A DNA stretch of 64,000 bases from a virus (lineage: Duplodnaviria; Caudoviricetes): the IMG/VR virus record IMGVR_UViG_3300048502_000185, positions 1 through 64,000 of that record. One strand, 5' to 3'. Positions 41,919-50,736 of the stretch are shown here, in pieces (the stretch's first letter is position 1; the number at the start of each line of letters is the position of its first letter). The translations under genes and the position numbers were made by a program. The notes under the pieces were generated by a model. The model saw only the letters and a list, made by a program, of their open reading frames with translations, made no database searches and was not told where the DNA came from.

Positions 41919-42926
41919 TCAGGCAGCCTTTTCTTCTTTACCAAAATACTTGCACACTTCTTCTGCCGTGGTATATGCAACTTGAAACCGTTCAAGATAA
42001 CGAAAGCCATCCCGAATCAATGCGTCGCCCTTGCCAAGCAAGTTTTCGGCGCCAGTGGCATCCAAGACAACTTTGGAATCAATGTGACTCGCAACCCGAC
42101 AAGCAATGCGAGCAGGAAAGTTTGCCTTTATCGTGCCATTGATAATGTTCGTGCTTGGTCGCTGAGTAGTGAGAATAATATGAATTCGAGCAGCACGACA
42201 CTTCTGAGCAAGTCTACAGATTAGAGTCATAAACTCGTTATCCTTGTCCTGCATAATTAGATCGGCAAACTCATCAATGATGACAACGATGTGTTTCATC
42301 TCAGAAACTGGCTTGCCAACACGAATCAAATCATAGCGTGATTCCATCGCTTGCAATAGATTCTTGAGCAATTGAATTGTATTAGCATACGTATAGCAAA
42401 CTGGAATGTTGCAGGTTGCTTCATACTTCGCGAATTCAATCTGCTTGGGATCTGCCAAGTATAACTCCACATCGTTATACTGAAACAAGTTGGCGATGAT
42501 AGTATGCAACAAGGTGCTCTTGCCCGAACCAGTTGTGCCGGCAATAATCATATGGGGATTCTTGGTAAGATCCATCCACATCTTTTGACCATCAACTGTT
42601 TGACCGAGCAAACAATTAATTGCGCCATTGGGAATATCTTTGTTAGACATGTAATTAAAGAAACTAAGTTCGCTTGTTCTTGGGCCAGCAAATTCCAATC
42701 TAACTAAGCCTTCATTGTGCATGACCTTGACGGAAGGCTTGCAGGGGCTTTTGAGAGCCAAAGAGATCTCGTCGAGATACTTCTTGATCGTATTGACCTT
42801 GGTGCTGGAATGCAGCTTCAGATCATAGAAAAAATAGTTATCGACCTGTTCAAAATTAACGCACTCTGCTTTGATGCCGAATGAGTTCAGGATAGAATCG
42901 AAGTTGGTTTGGTTATCAGTGTTCAT
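41919..42926 (-). CDS. ftsK: FtsK/SpoIIIE-type DNA translocase motor (alpha-beta only; no TM or gamma domain)
   Basis: PHMIIAGTTGSGKS Walker A, VVIIDEFADL Walker B, TQRPS, KANFPARIA, GAENLLGKGD. Confidence 0.9.
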   Translation of the reverse strand: MNTDNQTNFDSILNSFGIKAECVNFEQVDNYFFYDLKLHSSTKVNTIKKYLDEISLALKSPCKPSVKVMHNEGLVRLEFAGPRTSELSFFNYMSNKDIPNGAINCLLGQTVDGQKMWMDLTKNPHMIIAGTTGSGKSTLLHTIIANLFQYNDVELYLADPKQIEFAKYEATCNIPVCYTYANTIQLLKNLLQAMESRYDLIRVGKPVSEMKHIVVIIDEFADLIMQDKDNEFMTLICRLAQKCRAARIHIILTTQRPSTNIINGTIKANFPARIACRVASHIDSKVVLDATGAENLLGKGDALIRDGFRYLERFQVAYTTAEEVCKYFGKEEKAA

Positions 42927-42964
42927 AATAATATGATCCTATGAGGGCCCGATGGGAAACCCTA

Positions 42965-43318
42965 TCAATTGAAATTAATTATACCATACTCGTCGTGATC
43001 GATCGTGTAATAAATCTTCTTAACCTTCTTGCTAATCAAAACTTTGAGACAAGATTTGCAAGGTCGTGCCATTCCAAATTTGCCGTCAATCAGTCTAATT
43101 CTGGCAACATATATAATCGCCCCATAATCAATCTTGGAAGCAACGCGATATTCTGCGTGAACTTGACGGTCAGGTTCTTGAGTAGGAGAATTGAGCGAAC
43201 GGACCATTACTCCATCTTTCCTGATGGCCACGGCTCCCAACATGAAGCTCCTTCCGTCTTGGCGCGAGGTTGCCGTTTTTCCAGCAATCTCAAGAAAATT
43301 GAAAATCTTATTGTTCAT
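42965..43318 (-). CDS. Zn-dependent cytidine/dCMP-type deaminase
   Basis: HAE...PCKSC motif. Confidence 0.85.
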   Translation of the reverse strand: MNNKIFNFLEIAGKTATSRQDGRSFMLGAVAIRKDGVMVRSLNSPTQEPDRQVHAEYRVASKIDYGAIIYVARIRLIDGKFGMARPCKSCLKVLISKKVKKIYYTIDHDEYGIINFN

Positions 43319-43366
43319 GACAACTACTTTGAAAGAAGCGCTGATGGGAACCGTGATAGTAATAGA

Positions 43367-43439
43367 TTAGTTTCCAAGTCCAGGGAATCAAACCCGGCTT
43401 TGACCTGCAACAACACCAGTTATCTTACTTGGAAACTAA
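43367..43439 (-). ncRNA. Inverted-repeat element with a tRNA T-arm-like loop (degenerate tRNA-like)
   Basis: 13-bp perfect IR TTAGTTTCCAAGT/ACTTGGAAACTAA enclosing GGGTTTGATTCCC. Confidence 0.3.
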
Positions 43440-43456
43440 ATCGTTTTGATTTTTAG

Positions 43457-44044
43457 TTAGGCGGTAAATGGCGCCTCAACTTCAAGATCAGTTGGCTGAA
43501 CCAAATAGCCAATCAATGACCAATTTGCTTTATCATCATAACTCGTGCTATCAATAAGAAAATAACGTCTGGCTTTATCGACAATTGAATGACCACCTTT
43601 AGCAGCAGTAATTCCAACTTTGCCAGCAGGCACTTGATGGTGCCAATCACCAACAGCACTAACAGCAATCCAATCATTGATATGCTTCAAAGTATCAGCA
43701 CGATATCTAAGAACATGGCTCTCATCAAGAGAAACTTTTCGCCCAGTAATCAAAGTATATTCATCGGGATACTGATCCTTTGCTATCGCAATGATAGACT
43801 CAATACTTACATCATTTTTGGAACTGATAAAGAACTTTGGGAATGTGAATGCAACGATGACCCATTCACAATCTTCCTCATACCAGCCGGAATCTTTTCG
43901 CCAAGACTGATGAATCAAAACATTCTTAGTTTTGGAAACATGAAAACCGCCATGCCCTGGCGTCGTATATCTCATGATGCCGGGTGCGAGTTTGGTGCTT
44001 GAATCTGATTTGCCCCAAGGGGTTTGCGTAGACATTGTCATCAT
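43457..44044 (-). CDS. Hypothetical protein, DUF7007-like N-terminus
   Basis: TPWG...GI...TPGHGGFHVS...WYEEDCEW. Confidence 0.65.
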   Translation of the reverse strand: MMTMSTQTPWGKSDSSTKLAPGIMRYTTPGHGGFHVSKTKNVLIHQSWRKDSGWYEEDCEWVIVAFTFPKFFISSKNDVSIESIIAIAKDQYPDEYTLITGRKVSLDESHVLRYRADTLKHINDWIAVSAVGDWHHQVPAGKVGITAAKGGHSIVDKARRYFLIDSTSYDDKANWSLIGYLVQPTDLEVEAPFTA

Positions 44045-44114
44045 TCGACTTTCTTATTGAAACGGTTTTAGTTCGTACACAAGAGATTTATGTCTGTGCC
44101 GATGGGAACTTTAT

Positions 44115-44942
44115 TTACAAATTTGCTAATCGTTTGGTTGTTATATTGATTGCCTCTTGACTTTCGTCTATTAGAATATAACCACGATTGTGTTTTATTG
44201 CGGCAGCACCAGTTGTTCCGCTACCACAAAAGAAGTCTAAAATAGTGTCATTTTCATTAGAATGAATCTTCACAAGTCTTTCTAATATTTGAATTGGTTT
44301 CTGTGTAGAATAACCAGTTCGCTCTTTACCATTTGTAGGAACTATTGTTTGCCACCAAACTGATGTTGGAGTCTTACCTCGTGCGGCTTTTTCTTTTCCA
44401 ACTAAGCCTGGCGCCATATAAGGGAGTCTATCCATGGCATCATAATTAAATATATACTTTTTTGGGTCCATAACATACCACAATATGTTATCATGTTTAG
44501 CGGGCCACTTCTTTTTAGAACGAGCCCCAAAATCATAAGACCAAATAATCTCGTTCATAAAATGATCTCTACCGAGAAGGGCGTCTAAAGCCACCTTAAT
44601 ATAGTGAACCTCTCTATAATCTAAATGAACAAACAAACTTCCATTATCAGTCAAACAATGAATACTTGCTTCAATGCGAGACATTAGAAAGTTTTGGTAA
44701 TCATCAAATGAATCATTGTAGCTTGACGAACTAATTTTTGTAGTGTTATATTGTTTACCACCAAAGCCAATTCGATCGCCCTCTTCACCAGAATTAACTG
44801 CAACAGTTTTGATTCGATCCCTTTTCATTTGTTTACCTGAATTAAAAGGTGGATCAATATAGATCATTGTAGATATTTTATCAGGCAACTTTGCCAATTC
44901 TTTTAGATTATCACCAAGCATAATTTGTTTTGTTAATGTCAT
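44115..44942 (-). CDS. DNA N4-cytosine/N6-adenine methyltransferase, beta class
   Basis: IDPPFN (motif IV) N-terminal, YSTQKP, LDFFCGSGTTG (motif I) C-terminal. Confidence 0.92.
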   Translation of the reverse strand: MTLTKQIMLGDNLKELAKLPDKISTMIYIDPPFNSGKQMKRDRIKTVAVNSGEEGDRIGFGGKQYNTTKISSSSYNDSFDDYQNFLMSRIEASIHCLTDNGSLFVHLDYREVHYIKVALDALLGRDHFMNEIIWSYDFGARSKKKWPAKHDNILWYVMDPKKYIFNYDAMDRLPYMAPGLVGKEKAARGKTPTSVWWQTIVPTNGKERTGYSTQKPIQILERLVKIHSNENDTILDFFCGSGTTGAAAIKHNRGYILIDESQEAINITTKRLANL

Positions 44943-45009
44943 TAAGATTTTCTCCTATATTGTATTAATATATACTAAATCAATAATACTTATCTTATTG
45001 ATCTACAAA

Positions 45010-45630
45010 CTACATACATATTAATGCCTGATCAAATGTCAAAAAATAATTCTTTATGAATTCATTCTGAATATAAGCAAGTTTTATATTATCTTGACGA
45101 ATTTTATCCATCCATATTTTCAGATTAATAAACTTTTGATCTTCCAAAGAAGCCTTATCACATTCGGACAAAATATTATCAGGATCAATTTTATAGTTTT
45201 GATAACCTTCCAAAGATTTTAAAGAAAATGATGCAGATATAAACTGACTTGGACAGTGCTGTCCGTTTCTATCAATAAGATGACGCACAATTATATTGCC
45301 TGGAATTACATATATATCTCCAGATGACATATTTACTACTACAATTGGTACATATTCCCAAGCACGAACCTGATTAATAGAAAATGAAGTATTTTCTCCA
45401 CCAATTTTCTTTACTTCACAACAGTTTCCATTTGGCGTTTTTAGATCTCCTGGCTCTTTATGAGCCGATTTACTAAATCCATATTTAACAATTAGATCTT
45501 TTTCTATTTGCTCGCCATCTCTTTTTATGGAGAGACTGGTTTCTTTTTCACTTGAATCTGATTTGCCACAAGATATATCCGTAAACATTTGAATCAATCG
45601 ACTTTCTTTATGAAACATTTTAGGTTGCAC
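45010..45630 (-). CDS. Putative PD-(D/E)xK restriction endonuclease
   Basis: E...GDLKTPNGNCCEVK candidate catalytic motif; adjacent and co-oriented with the MTase; AT-rich. Confidence 0.55.
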   Translation of the reverse strand: MQPKMFHKESRLIQMFTDISCGKSDSSEKETSLSIKRDGEQIEKDLIVKYGFSKSAHKEPGDLKTPNGNCCEVKKIGGENTSFSINQVRAWEYVPIVVVNMSSGDIYVIPGNIIVRHLIDRNGQHCPSQFISASFSLKSLEGYQNYKIDPDNILSECDKASLEDQKFINLKIWMDKIRQDNIKLAYIQNEFIKNYFLTFDQALICM

Positions 45631-45669
45631 CTAAGGTTTCACCTTAGCAGCCGATGGGAACTTTATCCC

Positions 45670-45767
45670 TCAAAAAGTAGATTCAAGAGCTGAACCACAA
45701 CATGTGTCTACTAAGTTTAGTAATTTAGTATAAACAAGCGTCTTATGCTTTTGAATCTACTTTTTGA
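45670..45767. repeat. Long inverted repeat (21-bp arms, 1 mismatch)
   Basis: TCAAAAAGTAGATTCAAGAGC ... GCTTTTGAATCTACTTTTTGA. Confidence 0.8.
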
Positions 45768-45788
45768 AAGACAAAATCATATGATAAG

Positions 45789-45840
45789 AAAAAAATAATC
45801 CCCAAAGTTTTAATCCAAACTGTTTTTCTTGGGGACTATT
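45789..45840 (-). terminator. Possible intrinsic terminator
   Basis: AATAGTCCCCAA/TTGGGGATTATT stem followed by a T tract on the minus strand. Confidence 0.4.
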
Positions 45841-46000
45841 ATCAAATAAATATCTTCGCACACCGACGAAAGAGGCGCGAAAAACTCGCTATTCATTTGA
45901 CGAATGAACGAAAAAGATTGTTTGATTGGGCCACGATTGACTATTCGATCAAACAATCTCTTTCGAGTCACAATGCTAAGCTAAGATAAGTCCTGAAAGA

Positions 46001-46357
46001 TTACTCGGCAACGACGTCAGCAAGGCGTGTAACACCACCATTACGACCCTTGGTAACCGTGAAAAGACCGCCAGCAACTTGGGCGCCGACATAAGCCTTG
46101 ACGCGCTCTTCCATCTTCGCCCAATCAGTGGGCTGAATGTCATGAAGACGCGCAACTGCAAGACTCGCCAGTGTTGGCGTAGTAATCGTTGTTCCCTTGT
46201 ACTGGTCAAAAACCGACTCAACAGCCGCGCCAACGACGTCGAGGTCATTCGCAAACGACGTATTGAAGTGAGTGATTGCGTCGCCCACATTCTTGAGAGT
46301 CGCCTTCACGCTAATCGTTCCATCAGTAGCCAAACACAACGCATCCATTAATATCAA
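46001..46357 (-). CDS. Putative winged-helix DNA-binding protein, paralog B
   Basis: AVESVFDQYKG...LASLA...TKGRNGG. Confidence 0.65.
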   Translation of the reverse strand: MILMDALCLATDGTISVKATLKNVGDAITHFNTSFANDLDVVGAAVESVFDQYKGTTITTPTLASLAVARLHDIQPTDWAKMEERVKAYVGAQVAGGLFTVTKGRNGGVTRLADVVAE

Positions 46358-46482
46358 ACATAATAATTACCTTTTTTCTTTTCTTCGATGCACACCTATT
46401 AGGGTTGTGCGTTTTTTTGTTTTCGAGGGCGCCGTTATTGGAACCCTACATCTTTAGTTCGGGCTAAGTGCCCGATGGGATT

Positions 46483-47031
46483 TTAGTCAAGAAGCTCATC
46501 CGTTGAATATCCATCAACGCTCAGAATATCGGAGACAGTCTCTCCAGTTTCCTCGCCCCACTGCGAACGGTCAGCAAGCAACTGCCCGCTCATGTTATAG
46601 TCAGCCCCGCATCCGCACGTGTTCGTGAAGCCACTAAGTTCGACCTTTGTTCCACACACATCGCACAAGCCGACCGCTGGCTCGTGCTGACTATAATTAT
46701 GAGTTTCGACTCCCTTGAAGAGAATCTTCTTGCGCACAATCATTAGACTTTCAGAATCTATTGACTCGATAAAACCTTCCAGGCAAGAATTAAAATTCTT
46801 GCGCCCTGCAAGTGCCAAAGTGCTTGGTTCAACGCGACCATCTTCATCGCATTCAAAAGCAAATCCAGCACCTGTAATGGCACTGTCTTCAAATTCGAAA
46901 GTAGATAGGTAAGAAACTGAATAACTATGAGTACGTGCTTTAATGATTTGCATTTTTTCTTCTTTAAATGTCAGATGTTTTATCAGAATTAAGGGAACAA
47001 GAATATTCTTGTTCACGAGCGTGCCAAGCAA
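46483..47031 (-). CDS. Hypothetical protein with C-terminal CxxC/CxC Zn motif
   Basis: CDVCG...TCGCGADYNMSGQ (true start probably MQIIKAR). Confidence 0.6.
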   Translation of the reverse strand: MLGTLVNKNILVPLILIKHLTFKEEKMQIIKARTHSYSVSYLSTFEFEDSAITGAGFAFECDEDGRVEPSTLALAGRKNFNSCLEGFIESIDSESLMIVRKKILFKGVETHNYSQHEPAVGLCDVCGTKVELSGFTNTCGCGADYNMSGQLLADRSQWGEETGETVSDILSVDGYSTDELLD

Positions 47032-47055
47032 AATACAACGTTTGTAACTGTAATT

Positions 47056-47529
47056 TTAGTAAGTAAATCCAAGGGCTTCAATGTCTTTTTGAAACTCTGA
47101 CATTAGACCAGGCAAACGCTCTTCCAATGCTTTGCGATCAGCCAGTTGTTCCAACGTAGCATCGGGCCACACAGCCGACATTCTCGCATGTTCAAGATTG
47201 CCCTGTTCTGCCCAATACATAGTATTGTCAAAATAATGCATTGGACCATCAGTAGATGTAAGATGCCACTTGATATAGTTCCTTAGTTCTGGGAAATGTT
47301 TGATGACCAAGTCATGTTGACATCCACATGAACCAAGATATTTTTTATCATTCGTTTTTGCATGAATCCTAAATGGATCACCATTGGCTCTGTTACGATC
47401 ATAATGATGAGCAGTGATAGCAAATGTATTATGCCCATTCTTGCATTCATCGTTATAGCGCACGTGAACAATCAAGATGCTGCCATCGTCCAAGTCCTTG
47501 CGATATTCTTTGACACCTAAAGTATTCAT
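47056..47529 (-). CDS. Hypothetical phage protein
   Basis: DECKNGHNTFAIT...GCQHD...FPEL...KWHL..DGPMHY. Confidence 0.65.
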   Translation of the reverse strand: MNTLGVKEYRKDLDDGSILIVHVRYNDECKNGHNTFAITAHHYDRNRANGDPFRIHAKTNDKKYLGSCGCQHDLVIKHFPELRNYIKWHLTSTDGPMHYFDNTMYWAEQGNLEHARMSAVWPDATLEQLADRKALEERLPGLMSEFQKDIEALGFTY

Positions 47530-47533
47530 TTTT

Positions 47534-47968
47534 TTATTCCCAAACGATTGTATGATTTTGGACAGTGCCAATCTTGGCGCCAGAAACTTGTGCGCGCAAT
47601 AGGCTAATATATACATCAACAGAAACAGAATCGAAACTTGAAAGCCCGACCAAATTCATCACTGTCAAATGTTCGTAAGTCCCACGAAAACCTGGCAGCA
47701 TTCTAATTAGCGTTTCCTGATCCTTGAACGTCCTCACGGTTCCTGATGGGAGGGTAGGAGAACATAGTGGACCCGAAAAAACGAACTTGCTAAACTCTTT
47801 ATAATTGGCATCGTTGCAATCATAAATTGCCGTACCGTCTTCGGCTTCCAGCAAATAATGCTCAAGAGTGCCGCCGCTGGAACTACCAGTGATATCAGAG
47901 CCGTTAGTGGATTGAGCGTGCCATCCGTTTTGGCCTCGACCTATCAAAACCGTCTTCATTGAATACAT
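47534..47968 (-). CDS. Hypothetical protein
   Basis: 144-aa co-oriented ORF. Confidence 0.55.
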   Translation of the reverse strand: MYSMKTVLIGRGQNGWHAQSTNGSDITGSSSGGTLEHYLLEAEDGTAIYDCNDANYKEFSKFVFSGPLCSPTLPSGTVRTFKDQETLIRMLPGFRGTYEHLTVMNLVGLSSFDSVSVDVYISLLRAQVSGAKIGTVQNHTIVWE

Positions 47969-48050
47969 TTTACTAATCCTTTATATGTTTTTTATTTGCA
48001 ACGAAACTAAAATTTGGTGTTTTTATCTATATGAGAAGGTGTTCCACCGA

Positions 48051-48169
48051 ACCTGATTTGTTATGTTTTTTATAGTCTATCATAAAAGACTTTGATTCCG
48101 ACTTTGCTTTCGCTGAGGTTTAGACTAATTGTCTGAACCGTTGTCGGTCTCACACTATACGCATCAGGT
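48051..48169 (-). ncRNA. Candidate multi-stem structured RNA
   Basis: Nested stems ACCTGAT/ATCAGGT, CCGAC/GTCGG, GGTTCAGAC/GTCTAAACC, GC-GAAA-GC tetraloop, AGTCT/AGACT. Confidence 0.35.
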
Positions 48170-48348
48170 CAAAGACCCGATGGGAAAATTATTTTTTTAT
48201 CACGAAAACACGACTTCAAAAGAAGTCAATGCAATCCAACAAAACGAACAAAGACAAACTGCACATTCAAATGTAATCATGATATTTTTCAACACTTGTT
48301 AGGAGTGCTGCTCAACTATTGATTGAGGTTCGTACACGATGGGAATAT

Positions 48349-48630
48349 TTACCAGAATGCTTTCAATCTCATCAATCTTTCAAATTCTTCTTGAGTTTTG
48401 CAAGGTATTTGCTTATCATTTAGATACCAAGATTTATTACCATTAGCCCATTCAATAGCAGGACCATCTTCTCGGTGCCACTTACCATTTACCCACCATT
48501 GTTTATGTCCATCAGGATATTCTATAGCCGGACCATCTGTTCGATGAAGATGGCCATTTAAATGCCAACATTTAACACCATCAATTTCGCGTAATGTTCC
48601 ATCATTAGGTAATTTAGTTATTTTATACAT
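48349..48630 (-). CDS. HREDGPA-repeat family, copy 18
   Basis: ...CKTQEEFERLMRLKAFW. Confidence 0.87.
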   Translation of the reverse strand: MYKITKLPNDGTLREIDGVKCWHLNGHLHRTDGPAIEYPDGHKQWWVNGKWHREDGPAIEWANGNKSWYLNDKQIPCKTQEEFERLMRLKAFW

Positions 48631-48651
48631 TTTATATTAGTCCTTCGGACT

Positions 48652-49083
48652 TCACCAAAACACTCTCAAACTCATTAACCGTTCAAATTCTTCCTGAGTG
48701 GTGCAATCTATTCGTACATCATTTAGATACCAAAACTTATTACCATTAATATCTTCTAAAGCGGGGCCATCTTCCCTGTGAAGCTTATCATGAATATAAT
48801 ATTCTTTATCACCATTAATATATTCAACGGCAGGACCATCTTCTCGATGGAACTGACCATTTAGAATCCAATATTTGACATCATTAGTATATTCAATAGC
48901 AGGTCCATCTTCTCTATGTAACTTGCCTTTTATATACCATTCTTTATCGCCGTTATAGCGTTCTATTGCTGGACCGTCTTCTCGATGAAGTAAATTATTT
49001 AAACGATAAATCTTGGTTCCATCTGACAATTCACACAATTCACCACCATTAGGCAATTTAATTTTTTTAACTATGCCGTTCAT
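48652..49083 (-). CDS. HREDGPA-repeat family, copy 19
   Basis: 4 repeats; ...EFERLMSLRVFW. Confidence 0.87.
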   Translation of the reverse strand: MNGIVKKIKLPNGGELCELSDGTKIYRLNNLLHREDGPAIERYNGDKEWYIKGKLHREDGPAIEYTNDVKYWILNGQFHREDGPAVEYINGDKEYYIHDKLHREDGPALEDINGNKFWYLNDVRIDCTTQEEFERLMSLRVFW

Positions 49084-49085
49084 AA

Positions 49086-49556
49086 TTACCGCTTCAACGA
49101 AAGATTACAACCCGTCGCAACTGCATTAATGCAAACAAGATAGCCCAAACAAATCCAAGCAAGTGGATGGAGACAATCAGGCAGCGGCGAAACCATGACG
49201 CCTTCAATCAGCAAAACCCAGCCCAAGGCCTTCAGAGATGAATTGAAAGCAGCCTTGCACCAAGAATATACCGTAGGTGCCGAGAAGCACAAAGCCCCAA
49301 TCACAAAGTAAGTTGGAACTTGTTCCAACAGATTTGCGTTCATATCAAGTGCATTATGGGCAACCAAAAATGCAGCTGTCGGCACAACGCCACCGAGCAA
49401 AATACCGATTGTGGTAGCACTCAAATACTTGCGAGAGAATGCCATGCGCGTCTGTGCGACAACGCTTTTTGGAGATTGAATATTAACCCGTCTTGCGACT
49501 CGAATACGTTTAGTTGACTCAGGTGCCGAATCGAGAAACTTATGTGCTGTGTTCAT
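49086..49556 (-). CDS. Multi-pass membrane protein
   Basis: 3-4 hydrophobic segments. Confidence 0.6.
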   Translation of the reverse strand: MNTAHKFLDSAPESTKRIRVARRVNIQSPKSVVAQTRMAFSRKYLSATTIGILLGGVVPTAAFLVAHNALDMNANLLEQVPTYFVIGALCFSAPTVYSWCKAAFNSSLKALGWVLLIEGVMVSPLPDCLHPLAWICLGYLVCINAVATGCNLSLKR

Positions 49557-50398
49557 GGTGAATTACCTCTAACTATATTTAGATAAAATGCCTCGATGGG
49601 AGTTTTGGCAACTTCACGTGCGAAGTTATGAGTGTCCCATGCACTTCGCGGATATATCTTTGAGAACTCATAAGAATATGATTGCTTCCGGGCGCTTGCT
49701 CGCAACTCTTCAATCGAAAGATATTCACGATTCAAACGAAGTTTTTCCAAACTTGCCCTAACAATCTTTCCAGACAACAATTTGAATTGAACCGTAGTAT
49801 TCTGTCGATTCGGCTTGTTATAGCCGTTAGCATAGAATTGCCCGAAAGACTTCCAATCAACAACTGATCCAAAAGTGCCAGCAGCAAGTTTCTCGTAAAC
49901 CAACTTACCATTGGCATCTTTTAGTTTGCCGGTGATATGCAGTCCAGTTCCCTTGCAAGAAAAACATTCTCGCTTGTCAGCAGCATTCTTTGGATTGACC
50001 CAATTGCCAGAACCAGAACACTTGATGCAAGGTTCGCTAGTGGTCAACTGATATCGGCAATCTGCCGTAAGTCGAACCGACAGACCTTCGTGCAAGTTTT
50101 CAACATCAGGAGAATCAACTAATAGTTTATCAGCAGCAACCATGCGATTGAAAATATATTCTTCCAACCAAACGCGGGCTGATTCGACAACTTCTCGAGT
50201 CGGCATCAAACAGACTTCATCATCAATGTCAACTGAAGAGACATTATTATTCCAGCCGATCATTGTCGGTGCAGCAAATCGCGTTGTGCCATACGTATGA
50301 GACTTCACCTCTTTGGTGGAATCATCATAATACGTGCACATAAAATCAGAATCGTTGTAGCCGTTAATCTCCCAGTCAGTTAGCAGATACTTTGTCAT
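49553..50398 (-). CDS. Hypothetical protein with DnaJ-type CxxCxGxG Zn motifs
   Basis: CIKCSGSG...CFSCKGTG; GGAG SD. Confidence 0.65.
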   Translation of the reverse strand: MTKYLLTDWEINGYNDSDFMCTYYDDSTKEVKSHTYGTTRFAAPTMIGWNNNVSSVDIDDEVCLMPTREVVESARVWLEEYIFNRMVAADKLLVDSPDVENLHEGLSVRLTADCRYQLTTSEPCIKCSGSGNWVNPKNAADKRECFSCKGTGLHITGKLKDANGKLVYEKLAAGTFGSVVDWKSFGQFYANGYNKPNRQNTTVQFKLLSGKIVRASLEKLRLNREYLSIEELRASARKQSYSYEFSKIYPRSAWDTHNFAREVAKTPIEAFYLNIVRGNSP

Positions 50399-50450
50399 TT
50401 TAATTCTCCGTTATACTTATGTACTTGTCATGCCACCGATGGGAATCGGA

Positions 50451-50732
50451 TCACCAAAATGCTTTCAGTTTCATAAGTCGTTCAAATTCTTCTTGAGTTT
50501 TGCAAGGCACATGCTTGTCATTTATATACCAATATTTATCACCATTAACACCTTCAGACGCTGGACCATCTTCTCGATGAAGTTTACCATTTAGATACCA
50601 CCATTTACTGCCATCATCATTTTCAACAGCAGGACCATCTTCTCGGTGAAGATTACCATTTAAATACCATTCTTTATTGCCATCAGAATCCTCTTGCAAT
50701 TCGCCACCATTGGGTAGTTTAGTTATTTTCAT
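50451..50732 (-). CDS. HREDGPA-repeat family, copy 20
   Basis: ...CKTQEEFERLMKLKAFW. Confidence 0.87.
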   Translation of the reverse strand: MKITKLPNGGELQEDSDGNKEWYLNGNLHREDGPAVENDDGSKWWYLNGKLHREDGPASEGVNGDKYWYINDKHVPCKTQEEFERLMKLKAFW

Positions 50733-50736
50733 ATTT

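Noticed and set aside
44115-44942. CCCATC as the recognition site of the local MTase
   Set aside because: R-M sites are not orientation-biased or tied to gene ends, and an asymmetric site normally needs two MTase activities
48140-48170. Hammerhead ribozyme (CTGATG...GAAA)
   Set aside because: The core is CUGAUGC rather than CUGANGA and the stem II/III geometry does not fit
15744-50460. Motif as a sigma32-type -10 box (CCCCAT) with TTGAAA -35 from the LKAFW codons
   Set aside because: Spacing varies (16-18 nt) and exceeds the usual 13-15, and most motif copies have no such upstream hexamer
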